From NCBI GenBank assembly GCA_002269645.1, contig NIVC01000504.1:206792-270791 (forward strand): a stretch of 64,000 nt of DNA, in the 5' to 3' direction. This stretch comes from Macrostomum lignano. Lineage: Eukaryota. Below are positions 1 to 12,600 of this stretch, in pieces; position 1 is the stretch's first letter, and every line of letters starts with the position of its first letter. Under the pieces are notes generated by a model. That model did not search any database and was not told the origin of the DNA. It worked only from the letters and a program-made list of their open reading frames with translations. A program made the translations under genes and the position numbers.

Positions 1-640
1 AATTTATTGACAAATAATTACTAAGATATAGCGCTACAAAAAATGACAGAAACTTTATCAAACGTCGTTAGGATTAAACTTTCCTATGAATGAACAACTA
101 ACCTTAAATTCTTGACAAATCAAATGAAAACAAGATAAAATTATTGATATTCTAATAAAAATCACTTGTGCCAGTTAGAATAAAATTCGTCAATATTATT
201 GATTCTTAAAGGTATATTTCATAATGAAAAGCATCATTAGACTCGGTAGCACAACAACTGCCTGCGGCGACAACTTTGTTCGTGCGTGTGTGTATTCCCT
301 GTTGCTTTTAAGTTAATAACTAAGTGAACCAATGTACTGTAGTATTAGCAAATAGTTTCTGTCTGCAAACTATTTGCATTGTAATCGATATTGTATTTTG
401 GGGGGGGGGGTGCTGGTCTGGGTTATACATTCTATTTAGACAAATGCGCGTTATCTTTGTAAAGGCTTTTTTGTTGTATTTTTGTTACTTTTACAAAAAA
501 TGAGATTATTGTTAAACATCTTTGTCCGTGACAATTTTACTCGAATAAGGTGATCTATACATGTAAAACTAAGGTAGCAATTGGTCAAGAAAGTGTGCTT
601 TATAATGGATTTGAATCAATAATTTTTGCTCCTTGCTTAT

Positions 641-673
641 TGCGCGCCCCGAAGGGGGGCACTAGATTGCTAG
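641..673 (+). mobile_element. Possible Helitron 3' terminus (GC hairpin followed by CTAG|T)
   Basis: gcgcgCCCC-GAA-GGGGggc hairpin at ~646-660, then CTAG at 662-665 and CTAG|T at 670-674; matching 5' end not identified. Confidence 0.3.
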
Positions 674-860
674 TCAATACACTAAAACCGGTTTTTATTT
701 CTCTGTTTGGTATTTTAAATTTTCTTTTTAACTAATAATAACTATGATGTTTCGCTCTGAGTTGCTGAACAAGGCAGTTGTCGCCGCAGGCAATTGTCGA
801 AGAACCTTAAAATAAGTATAAAAGCCTCACAAACACCGGAACAATTACAAGAAAACACAG

Positions 861-2043
861 TTAATTCGCCTTAGCTTTAGAGCTGGAAACACTGCCACGA
901 AATGGTAGCATAAACTGATCAACATTGCCCAACTTTTGCAAAGCCTCGTAAGCCGGATTAGGCAACACTGTTTTCAAGGCGATGAAACAGTACACAATTC
1001 TAGGCACGGCTACTAGCGACTCTTCAGCCAGGATGGCGGCCACAGCTCTGTCAGCAACATAGGCCGGGTCAAGCGACGGGAACAGCCATTCAATTGGCGA
1101 GTTGCAGCCTTGGAACATGCCGGTGCGGATTAGGTAGGGGCACAGGGTGGTCACCGGGATGCGAGCGTTCGGGTAGCAACTGCGCAGCTCGCTTTGAAGG
1201 GATTCGGCAAAGATCACATCGGCCGCTTTTGATGCGCAATAGTCTGAGAGGTGGCTGGCCCCGATCCAACCTGCACAGGAGGCCGTGTAGAACAGGTGGC
1301 CGCTGCCTCTGGACAGCATGTGCGGCAGGAGAGCCTTGGTGATCCAATAGTGACTGAGCAGGTTCACTCGGTACAGCTGCGGGTTGATGTTTGTGACTGT
1401 GCGAACTAGCACCACGCACTCTCCCGTCTGTCCCCATGTATGTTTAATCTGTCAACTATTTCGTTTTAAGTCATTTCAAGCTGGTACTCTGAAGAGTCAA
1501 CACTTACACCCTGGAGCACATTTTCTAAATTCAGAATCAAGAATCATATGTCCCATTCTCAACTATTTCCCATATTCACCTGGTCACCCAGGCCTCCCTC
1601 ACCTTCTCCGTCTTGTCATCGTCGGAGTCCAGCAGCTTCTTGCCCTGAACAATGCCCGCATTGTTAACCACAATGTCGACGCGGCCCATCCGGTTCAGGG
1701 TCTCCTTGGCAACCGAGTAGCAAGCCTCACGCGAGGCCACGTCGCAGATGAAGGACTCGAACTGGACGGAGCCGCTGCTGCCGCAGGCTTCGGCCACCAG
1801 ACGGCGGGTGGCCTCCAGGCCTTCGCTGCTGATGTCCCAGGCGGCCACACGACAGCCGAGGCGGGCGAGCCGAACGCAGATCAGCTGACCGATGCCTGCT
1901 CCGGCTCCCGTTACCATGGCAACCTGGCCGCGAATCGATTTGCGCTTCGGTACAACGCAGCGGTAGAAGAACTGGACCCAGCTGATGGCGAACCAGCAGG
2001 GCAGGCGGACAAGGAAAAACAGCACGTCCACGATGGGGTGCAT
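861..2043 (-). CDS. SDR16C5: Short-chain dehydrogenase/reductase, SDR16C family (epidermal retinol dehydrogenase 2 / RDH10 / HSD17B11-like), 2 exons, 318 aa
   Basis: Exons 2043-1603 and 1376-861 join in phase 0 (AAG|gtgagg ... ccgcag|CTG) to give KTEK-LYRVNLLSHYW. N-terminal hydrophobic anchor, TGAGAGIG, NNAG and YCASK (YxxxK) motifs present; gccgccATG Kozak context. Family call is secure, exact orthologue is not. Confidence 0.88.
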
Positions 2044-2082
2044 GGCGGCAGGAGCGGGGAGGTGAGCAGCTTGAGTGCCGTG

Positions 2083-2640
2083 GGATTGATGGGGCTTGGG
2101 ATTGATGGGGCTGGGACTGATGGGGCTGGGACTGATGGAGCTGGGATTGATGGAGCTGGGATTGATGGGACTGGGCCTGATGGGGCTGGGACTGATGGAG
2201 CTGGGATTGATGGAGCTGGGATTGATGGAGCTGGGATTGATGGAGCTGGGATTGATGGAGCTGGGATTGATGGAGCTGGGATTGGTGGAGCTGTAATTAA
2301 TGAAGCTGGGATTGATGGAGCTGGGGATGAAGAAGCTGGGATTGATGGAGTTGGGATTGATGGAGTTGGGATTATTGAAGCTGGGATTGATGGGACTGTG
2401 ACTGATGGAGCTGTGGTTGGATGAGCTGTAATTAATGAAGCTGGGATTGATGGGACTGTGACTGATGGAGCTGTGGTTGGATGAGCTGTAATTAATGAAG
2501 CTGGGATTGATGGAACTGGGGATGAAGAAGCTGGGATTAATGGAGTTGGGATTAATGAAGCTGGGATTGATGCAGCTGGGAGTGATGAGGCTGGTATTGA
2601 TGGAGCTGGCATTGATGGAGCTGGGACTAATGGGACTGAC
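2083..2640. repeat. 15-bp minisatellite (gatggagctgggatt)n immediately upstream of the SDR start codon
   Basis: Tandem 15-mers with variants; explains the GIDGA and PAPSI repeat ORFs. Confidence 0.95.
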
Positions 2641-3719
2641 ATTAACGTAGACAGATACTGGGACTGATGAAGCCGACTGAGGATTTTGGAGTCTGAGAAT
2701 TACTATCTACTAGGCTAGCAGAAAAAATACAGCACTAAGTATAGCCACATTTGAATATGTGCGATAGATATATATGTCGATGCAGGACGCGAAGCAGTAT
2801 ATTTATCGGATTAAACTTACTCGAAAGTACAACAGAAACGGACATATGCTAATGGCTATGCAGGGGTTAAGTTACAATCCAACTGTAACAACAGCAGCTC
2901 CGATATAGACATTCAGATTCAAAACCCTATTAAGTTAAAAAAACTATGAAATTAAGGACAAATTGAGGTGATAATCAAAAAACTTCTACAAAATCGTAGG
3001 TTTTAAAAGTGCTTTACTGAACTTACTACTGATCTAGTGGTTGCAAGTAGTATAGTAGTGGTATAAGACGAAAAAATCGATTATATCTAAATAAGTAGGT
3101 TACTTATAGAAGGCATCCATAATTAGTATAATCAGCTATACAGTTAAATTGGCTACTTTAAATAGTCACGCAAGCCAAATACTAGTAAAAATAACTATTG
3201 TTAAACAATTAGTTTATACAATGGGCTACGTAAAGGTAATTGAAAGCGCACAAGGATATGTACAGGTTTTCAACAAAAATAAAAACTAATTCTAATATAC
3301 AAAAAACGGCAAATCAAACATTCCAAACAAATAATTTATGCTTAACTTTGTTTCTAAAAAAGACCCTTTTATATTTTAACCCTTTTTTCCGCGTGTTAGA
3401 TTGCGCTTTGAAAAACAAACTACGCTACATATCGGTGTTTTAAGATTTAATCAATATGCATAAGAGAAAAAATAGGAAACAACTTAATAATCAATATACA
3501 GATATTTTTGGGATAAAATTGAAAAAAGATCACTATTTACAATGAGATCTACTGATAGTAATGAAGCGCCATCCAACTAAAAAACTTCAAAAACCAAATT
3601 AATAAACTGTGAATTAGGAGTAGCTCGTATCGATAAATGATAAAAAGGCATAAATAATAAGAAAAAAGTGCGAAGCGTTCGAATATTTACCTATATACTT
3701 TAAGGTAGCATAACATTGA

Positions 3720-4420
3720 TCTCTACCTATAAAAATCAAAACTCTGTGTGTGTGTGTGTGTGGACAATTTTGATCGCTATGGACTCCCAAACCGCTCAAC
3801 CAAATTACACCTAACTTTACACCCACCCTAAACTTACTACGGAGAATGTCTTAGGCTACCTTTTAATTTCCTAAATTTGAGTCTTCTTACCTAAAAGTAC
3901 AAAAAACTGCTCAAAATGCGCGATTTTTTCACTAAATCCTCCATAGCGCCGCTCCACTTCTACCGATTCTCTTCAAATTTGACAGAGACAATTTTCAACT
4001 ATTTTGACACAATCGTGTAAAATTTCAAATCTCAAAGTTGATCCTGACAGCCACTGTGCACTTTTAAAGTTTGGCTGTTTTTTTCAGCGAGGCAGCCACC
4101 CCAACCTCCACCCGTCTGCCTCTCTTTCCCGATCTGGGCAAAGGGTGCAAATAGGTTTTTAAATGACTAACTTTGGGCTGCCATAAGTTTGCTTCACGTG
4201 AAGCGATTGACTTCAAATTTGACACAATTCTTGATTGACCCATTCTCTATCTAAATGTAAAGTTTCAACTCTCTAACTCAATCAGAACAGAAACTGTAAG
4301 CATGTGAAGTTTGTCTGCTTTTTCTGTTGTTTGTTTCACTCACTCATTCCCCCAGAGCCAGACGAAGGGTCAGGCGATAGGGCTCAATGTACATACCGAA
4401 TGTACAGTGTTTTGGAATAA
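3720..4420 (+). mobile_element. Putative non-autonomous Helitron-like element
   Basis: A|TCTCTACCTATAAAAATC start, then (TG)9 at ~3745-3762, then ctcccaaaccgctcaacc and two internal ttcaaatttgaca copies (~3972, ~4212). Layout resembles known non-autonomous Helitrons; 3' CTRR end not found, so the end coordinate is approximate. Confidence 0.35.
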
Positions 4421-4929
4421 CTTTTTAATAATAGCCTTCTCTGTACCCCCGCGAGTGGAGAGGCGTGGAGAGGAGAGAGTTTAGCGAGAGATTCAATTTC
4501 AAACCACTGTCCTCTGAATAGACAAGTCTGCAGCAGTTAAACAAGGATGGCAAATCAAGGCGATGTGGGATGGTTTGTAAAAATATCGAAAAATTAATAA
4601 CTGATTACAATGCAATCCTACTAAATTAGTTACACCATGAAAATTTTGACATTAAGATTCGCATAAGGTACTTTAAAATTTAAATGGCCTTCTAAGAAAT
4701 GCGTATTTCCATGGTTGTTAGACTGCTGCAGACTGTGGTGGTGGAGCTGGAGATATACACATTCCTCTCAGGGCTGCTAATTGACCAGAAAGATGACGTG
4801 ATTAAAGCATGAGAAATGATAACAACCATGATAGTACTACGTCCCACAAACTGGCTTTCGAAGCAGGGATCGGCAGATTTTTATCTCAAGGCCAGATAAA
4901 GAATCCAGCTCATGGGTACGGGACAGATG

Positions 4930-6420
4930 AGAGTGAAAAGGAAAAGGAATAGACTATTAGAAAAGGAGGAGGGGCGAGAGGGAATAAAAGAAAAGATAGA
5001 AGATAACAGGAGAGACGTACGAGGAGGTTGAGGAGAGAGCAGAGAATATGGGACGAAGAAGCGAGAGGAGGGGAGAGAGAAGGGAGAGGAAATAGTAGAG
5101 GTGAGAAGATGGAGAGAGAAGAGGGGAGAGCTGAGACAGAGGATCGATGAGAGAGGAGAGTAGAGAAGAGTGAGAAGAGAATAGAGAATAGAGAACAGAG
5201 AGGAGATAGGAGGGGAGAGAGAGGGAGAGAGGAATGAGAAGAGAGAAGATAGAGATGAGAGAGAGAGAGTTAAGAAAGAAGAGAGGACAAAGGAGAGATG
5301 ATAGAGTAAAGGGAAGAGGAGGAGAGAGGAAAGAGATGAGATTGTAGAGATGAGTGAGATGAAAGGAAATATGAGAGAGTAGAGTAGAGATGAGAGATGA
5401 AGGAAGAGAGAGCAGAGTGCGGAGAGACGAGAAAAGAGAATAGAGGGGGAAGAGTATAGAAAAGGGAAGAGAAGAGAGGAGTAAGGAAAGAGAGGAGTCA
5501 GAAGAGGGGAAAGAGAAGAGTACACAGTAGAGAGGAGAGTAGAGATGACAGAAGAGAGAGGGAAATGAGAGAGCAAAGATGAGAGTGAACAGACGATATA
5601 AGAGAGGAGAGAGGAGAGTGAGAGAGAAGAGAGAAGACAAGAGAGGGAGAGAGTATAGAAGAGAGAAGAGAAGAGACGAGAAGAAAGAAGAAAGGATCGA
5701 GTCCTCCTGAGTCAAAAAGGGGAAAGAGAGGAGTACAAGGGGAGAGAGGTGAGAGAACATATGAGAGTAAAGATGACAGATAAGAGAGGGGAGATGAGAG
5801 AGCGGAAACGAGAGTAAACAGACGAGAGATGGGAGAGTAGAGAGAAAAGAGGAGAGATAAGAAATAAGGGATGAGAGGTGGAGACAAGGGAGAGATGAGA
5901 AGTGAGTGAGGAGAGAGGAGGGGAAGGGAGAGAATCGAGAGGACAGGGAAATTGGTGAAAAGGACGAGAGAGGAGAGGAAAGAGGGGAGAGAAGAGAGAG
6001 AAGAGAGATAGGATAGGAGAGAGCAGAGAGATGAGAGGAGAGAGTGGACAGAGGAGAGGAAAGAGTTGAGAGAAGAGAGGAAAAAGGAGAGAGTAGAGAT
6101 AAGGAAAGTGTTGAGAGAGGGTACAGTAAGGAGTGAGAAGAGAGGTGAGGGAAGAGAGAGCAGAGAGCAGAGGGAAGAGAGAGTAGAGAGCAGAAAGAAA
6201 TGAGAAAAGATAAAACAGGAGAAAGGAGATATGAGAGACCAGAGACCAGAGCGAAGAGAGAAGAGAGAGAAAAGAATAGAGGGGAGAGGGAAGAGATGAG
6301 AGAAGAGACGAGAGAGGAGAGAAGAAAGAAAAGATAAGAGGGGAGAGAGAGAAGAGACGAGAGAGAAGATAGGAAACAGAAAAGAAGATGGAAGTTTCAA
6401 AGGATGCAAAGGACATAGGG
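4930..6420 (+). repeat. ~1.5-kb aperiodic polypurine/polypyrimidine (GA-rich) low-complexity tract
   Basis: Plus strand is almost all A/G; generates the S/L/F-rich spurious minus-strand ORFs. Confidence 0.95.
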
Positions 6421-7174
6421 AGAGGCAGAGGTACGTAGAGGCCAGAGTTTGCCTGACATTCTGCGCAGCACCCCAGCCAACAATATCAATGTTTGCCTCA
6501 AATCCTAATTTTACATTAATTTACACTATTTTATGTTTAACTCTATCCTAACTATTAACAAGGGAACAAGTTTTTGTTTGAGTTTTACCTCAGATTTTAG
6601 AATACATGCAAAAATAATTCCGGGGATTTTGTTCCCCGGGTTCAAAATCCGCGGGTTTCAACAGCTTGTTTAGAATATATAAGAAAGAGCATTATTTTTC
6701 GTTTTTCACTTATAACTTTACCCTCCTAATTGCCAGTCTACTTTGAGTACAGCGATGCCGCTTTTGCCGATCTTTTCGATTGAGTTTTTATTCGCAAATT
6801 TTTTAAATTATCTGTGTTCTGTTTTAAAAGCCTAAAATATTGTCTGAAATAGTAATTCTAAGAGTGAGTACAGTTACTAACGTAAATACAAATTTAAAGA
6901 TTTGCAAACTATTAGCTGAAACTTCTGATAGATTCTGTAAATAAAGAAATTACAACTACTGTAAGTAATAAACGACAGTTTAGGTTAAATATGCTATTAC
7001 ACTTACACGGTATTGCAGAATATTTAACTGTCACTAAATGAATCGAATAAAAACGTCCTACAAACAGACTGATCAAAGAAAGTGACCAAAACGAGAAGCG
7101 CCACTGGAGAGACCTGCAGATTCTTGAAATCTCCATACACAGAACTAATCAAGAATAACTCTATAGACAGACTT

Positions 7175-7775
7175 GAGAATCATCCATAGAAAAACCATGA
7201 GAAACGCCTCATCGACAAACCATGAGAATTACGCTTCATTGACAAACCATGAGAATTACGCCTCATCGACAAACCATGAGAATTACGCTTCATTGACAAA
7301 CCATGAGAATCGGCCTGATAGACAAACGAAGAAAATCGCTTCATTGACAAACCATGAGAATCGGCCTACAGACAACCATGAGAATCGCCACATAGGCGAA
7401 CGATGAGAATCGCCCCATAGACAAATCATGAGAATCGCCCCGTAGACAAACCATGAGAATCGCCCAAAGACAAACCATCATGAGAATCGCCCATAGACAA
7501 ACCATGAGAATCGCCCCATAGACAAAGCATGAGAATCGCCCCATAGACAAACCATGAGAATCGTCCCCATAGACAAACCATGAGAATCGCCCCATAGACC
7601 AAGAGAATCGCTTCATAGACAAACCATGAGAATCGCCCCATAGACAAACCATGAGAATTAATCGCCCCACATACAAACCATGAGAATCACCCACATACAA
7701 ACCATGAGAATCACCCATAGACAAACCATGAGAATCGCCCACAGACAAACCATGAGAATCGCCCCATAGACAAAC
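7175..7775 (+). repeat. 24/25-bp minisatellite (catgagaatcgccccatagacaaac)n, left inverted arm
   Basis: Tandem units; reverse complement of the 8160-9388 array. Confidence 0.95.
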
Positions 7776-7834
7776 CAGAGATCAAGTCCAGCTGCAGTTT
7801 AGAATTGACCCTATCTATCACAGCTGAAAACAGT

Positions 7835-10762
7835 TTAGCTAGATTCCGGATCTTCATTAGCATCAGCGATTCGATCTCCGCGATAGCGGAGAAACGAAAC
7901 GGCGGCCGCGGCTGCCAGATTAGCCGAAGCGTCAGCAAACTGCTGCTGTTGCCGATTCTGCCGACTGCGGCTACCACCGTCGCCTGAGGCCGACGTCGGC
8001 GGCGCGACGGGTAGAAATGCCCGCAGCTCGTCCTCTTCTTCTTCGCTGCTCTCCTGGGTAATCTGGCGCTCGACTGCGGCTCTGATAAAGAGAAGAGCAA
8101 GATTATATAAAAATAATAGTCACCCGTGTGTTAGTTTTTAGAGCCAATCTCAGGTCCATGAAGCGATTCTCATGGTTTGTCTATGGGGCGATTCTCATGG
8201 TTTGTCTATGGGGCGATTCTCATCCTTTGTCTATGGAGTGATTCTCATGGTTCGTCTATGGAGTGATTCTCATGGTTTGTCTATGGGGTGATTCTCATGG
8301 TTTGTCTATGGCCTATGGGCCGATTCTCAATGTTTGTCTATGGCCTATGGGTTGATTCTCATGGTCTATGTCCTATGGGCCGATTCTCATGGTTTATCTA
8401 TGGCCTATGGGCGATTCTCATGGTTTGTCTATGGGGTGATTCTCATGGTTTGTCAATGAAGCGTAATTCTCATGGTTTGTCGATGAGGCGTTTCTTATGG
8501 TTTGTCTATGGATGATTCTCATGGTTTGTCTATGGGGTGATTCTCATGGTTTGTCTATGGGCGATTCTCATGGTTTGTCTATGGGGCGATTCTCATGCTT
8601 TGTCTATGGGGTGATTCTCATGCTTTGTCTATGGGGTGATTCTCATGCTTTGTCTATGGGCGATTCTCATGGTTTGTCTATGGGGTGATTCTCATGCTTT
8701 GTCTATGGGGCGATTCTCATGCTTTGTCTATGGGGTGATTCTCATGCTTTGTCTATGGGTGATTCTCATGGTTTGTCTATGGGGTGATTCTCATGGTTTG
8801 TCTATGGGGCGATTCTCATGCTTTGTCTATGGGGTGATTCTCATGCTTTGTCTATGGGCGATTCTCATGGTTTGTCTATGGGGCGATTCTCATGCTTTGT
8901 CTATGGGGTGATTCTCATGCTTTGTCTATGGGCGATTCTCATGGTTTGTCTATGGGGTGATTCTCATGGTATGTCTATGGGCGATTCTCATGGTTTTTCT
9001 ATGGGGTGATTCTCATGCTTTGTCTATGGGCGATTCTCATGGTTTGTCTATGGGGTGATTCTCATGCTATGTCTATGGGCGATTCTCATGGTTTTTCTAT
9101 GGGGTGATTCTCATGCTTTGTCAATGGGCGATTCTCATGCTTTGTCTATGGGGCGATTCTCATGGTTTGTCTATGGGGCGATTCTCATGCTTTGTCTATG
9201 GGGTGATTCTCATGGTTTGTCAATGAAGCGTAATTCTCATGGTTTGTCGATGAGGCGTTTCTCATGGTTTGTCTATGGATGATTCTCATGGTTTGTTTAT
9301 GGGCGATTCTCATGGTTTGTCTATGGGGCGATTCTCATGGTTTGTCTATGGGGCGATTCTCATGCTTTGTCTATGGGGTGATTCTCAGATCTGTTTACAC
9401 AAAATATTCACAGAACATAACCGAACTACTGACGTTGATTAAAAAGACAACTGTCTCACCTGATAGACGATGGCCTATCAATAAACTGAGTCTCCTCTCT
9501 GAGCACAACAGCATCGTCTTCCAGCTTGCCGTGCTCAGCCAGATAAGCATTTAACTGTTGCAGATATGGCAGAACAACCTGCGGCCAACGATAGACTTTA
9601 TAAGGCGGATAGAGCAGCAGGGACATCATTGCCACGTAGCCCAACAGCCAGCCGTGAAAGAAGGTTCCCAAATAGGCAATCAAAGCTGAGGTTGCGGAGG
9701 TGGTTAGAAAAAACCTCAGTCGACGATTTCGACGCTGCCGACGAGCCCAAGCGACGAGGGCGAATAGTCTGCGAACTCGTTCGTCAACCCATTGCGCTAC
9801 ATCCTGGATGGAGGCAAGATGAGCCTCAACTGGGACCCAGTCGTCTTCGCGATCGAATTCTTCGGGAACTATGAGGCGTATAACGGGTGGCTTTTTAAAT
9901 GTATGCCGATATGTATAGAAAAATATGACGCAGATATTAGTCCATTTTAATTTGCATTCTTAGGCCACTAACACTACTGATGTCATATTGATACTACTGA
10001 TGCCACATCAGATCCTACTCGTGCCATATCAGATACTACTGATGCCATATCAGATGCTACTGATGCCATATCAGATGCTACTGATGCCATATCAGATACT
10101 ACTGATGCTATATCAGATACTACTGATGCTATATCAGATACTACTGATGCCATATCAGATGCTACTGATGCCATATCAGATACTACTGATGCCACATCAG
10201 ATACTACTGATGCTACATCAGATACTACTGATGCTACATCAGATACTACTGATGCTACATCAGATACTACTGATGCCATATAAGATACTACTGATGCCAT
10301 ATCAGATACTACTGATGCCATATCAGATACTACTGATGCCATATCAGATACTACTGATGCCATATCAGATACTACTGATACCATATTGAGTCAACAAGTA
10401 TATTTTAGCTTCTAATTAAGTGTCCTATAGTCGGTTTAAGAAATCCTACACACTAAAAGTACACACAGGTTAAATCTAAACTCACCTTTAATCTCCTTCC
10501 AAATATAAGTTTTCCACATATCGGCTATCACCAGTAGTAGTAGTAGAAAACTTAGAATAGTCAGAGTGCCATGATTGCACAGGTAGCAATAGACAAAGGT
10601 GACATGAATAGCAACATAGAATGCTATTGATTTAGTTCCATCACGGAATATCAGCAGAGTTTGCAGTCGCATAAATGCTGGCTCCCACGGGCTGATGGCG
10701 TCTTGCAGGCATTTGCCAATACTGTCATGCCCAGACCAGTGCATTTGACCGCTTTTTGACAT
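7835..10762 (-). CDS. RETREG3: Reticulophagy regulator, RETREG3/FAM134C-like reticulon-homology protein, 3 exons, 310 aa
   Basis: Exons 10762-10486, 9868-9460 and 8081-7835, all GT-AG, phases 1 and 2 consistent. SPWEPAFMRLQTLLIF...DMWKTYIWKEIK|VPEEFDREDDW parallels RETREG3 as recalled (PYEPLLSRVQAALVW...DQWKNKIWPEIKVPRPD). Second hairpin YLGTFFHGWLLGYVAMMSLLLYP, then acidic ESSEEEEDELRAFLP. Confidence 0.82.
8160..9388 (-). repeat. 24/25-bp minisatellite (gtttgtctatggggcgattctcatg)n in RETREG intron 2, right inverted arm
   Basis: About 50 tandem units, inverted relative to 7175-7775. Confidence 0.95.
9975..10385. repeat. 21-bp minisatellite (atcagatactactgatgccat)n in RETREG intron 1
   Basis: About 19 tandem units; explains the MASVVSD repeat ORF. 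Confidence 0.95.
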
Positions 10763-11739
10763 GACTTGATAAAATTTATTCTTTGCAAATTGCCAGTAAG
10801 CTTTGCTTTATATAAACACATGAATTGAGGTTTAATTAAATAATTACCTAGTTATTTATAGGTCAACTTTTGAGTCTCTCTTCTCTGACCCACAGAAAAA
10901 TTTGCTGAGAAGTAAACAGACACAGTATTCACATCACAGATTACTAAACGCAAATTATACTACTTTCACTATACTACTGACAAGAAATATAGACGTAGAA
11001 AGGCGAATGTCAATATCTACTGTTATGAATGTACACTGCCTACTTTTAATTCTACTTTTCTACATATTTCTTGTCAATAGTATAATTTGCATTTAGTAGT
11101 ATAATTAACCATAGATAAAGCAGTCATGCAATAACAATAATCTCAATTGGTTATTAGAAGGTCAACTGCCGCTCTGACTTACGTAACCGCCAAAAACTTA
11201 TCTACTGTAATTAAGAACTGAAGGTCAAAGGCCTAGAAATAGAAAACTTTTCTAGAATTAAATAAAAAGGAAAGACTTGTTGCTTAAGTTAAAAATATAA
11301 TTAATAACGGAATTGTGTCACATTGCTAAATACATAACCAGATAGAGGAAAATATTTTTAAATTGACATATTGTGTTATAAATAAATTTTTCATTTATAG
11401 TTAGCCTAATCAGAAAGTCTAATATAGACATAAAATAAAATCCTGTGCAATAAAGACACGCAATTATAGACGCACAGCCAAGAATAACCGAAACAAGTAT
11501 AAACTTTTAGGAGGTCCAGCCGCCTTTTTAATCGATGCCAAAAATATAACAAAATAACAACAATTAGTAAAATTTGTCAAAAGAAATCCAAAGATAAAAA
11601 CGCAGCTATTTTATGTACAGTAGAAGTAGCCATAGCCTTTTGGATGAAGACAGACGGGGAGCAACAGGGAGGGGAGAATTTCCCAAAAAAACTTTTGTTG
11701 TTGACATTCTTGTTGATTTTGTTGCGGTTTTGTTGTTGA

Positions 11740-12600
11740 TGTTGTTTTTTGCCATTTTGTTGTGGTTTTCGTCATTCTGTATAGTTGATGTTGTTTTTTG
11801 CCATTTTGTTGTGGTTTTCGACATTCTGTATAGTTGATGTTGTTTTTTGCCATTTTGTTGTGGTTTTCGTCATTCTGTATAGTTGATGTTGTTTTTTGCC
11901 ATTTTGTTGTGGTTTTCGTCATTCTGTATAGTTGATGTTGTTTTTTGCCATTTTGTTGTGGTTTTCGTCATTCTGTATAGTTGATGTTGTTTTTTGCCAT
12001 TTTGTTGTGGTTTTCGACATTCTGTATAGTTGATGTTGTTTTTTGCCATTTTGTTGTGGTTTTCGTCATTCTGTATAGTTGATGTTGTTTTTTGCCATTT
12101 TGTTGTGGTTTTCGTCATTCTGTATAGTTGATGTTGTTTTTTGCCATTTTGTTGTGGTTTTCGTCATTCTGTATAGTTGATGTTGTTTTTTGCCATTTTG
12201 TTGTGGTTTTCGTCATTCTGTATAGTTGATGTTGTTTTTTGCCATTTTGTTGTGGTTTTCGTCATTCTGTATAGTTGATGTTGTTTTTTGCCATTTTGTT
12301 GTGGTTTTCGTCATTCTGTATAGTTGATGTTGTTTTTTGCCATTTTGTTGTGGTTTTCGTCATTCTGTATAGTTGATGTTGTTTTTTGCCATTTTGTTGT
12401 GGTTTTCGTCATTCTGTATAGTTGATGTTGTTTTTTGCCATTTTGTTGTGGTTTTCGTCATTCTGTATAGTTGATGTTGTTTTTTGCCATTTTGTTGTGG
12501 TTTTCGTCATTCTGTATAGTTGATGTTGTTTTTTCATTTTGTTGTTGTCGATGTTGTTTTTTGCCATTTTGTTGTTGTTGATGTTGTTGTTACTACTATT
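11740..12600. repeat. 49-bp minisatellite between C8orf34 and RETREG3
   Basis: agttgatgttgttttttgccattttgttgtggttttcgtcattctgtat repeated about 16 times nearly perfectly, with degenerate ends. Confidence 0.95.

Noticed and set aside
1384-2424. 346-aa plus-strand ORF ending in GIDGA repeats
   Set aside because: Antisense shadow of the GC-rich SDR exon 1 run into the 15-bp minisatellite; no independent protein features.
1911-2642. 243-aa Pro/Ser-rich mucin-like ORF upstream of and overlapping SDR
   Set aside because: Out of frame with SDR and consists of the translated 15-bp repeat.
4881-6416. Several 230-300-aa hydrophobic S/L/F ORFs
   Set aside because: A pyrimidine-only strand rarely contains stop codons; compositional artefact.
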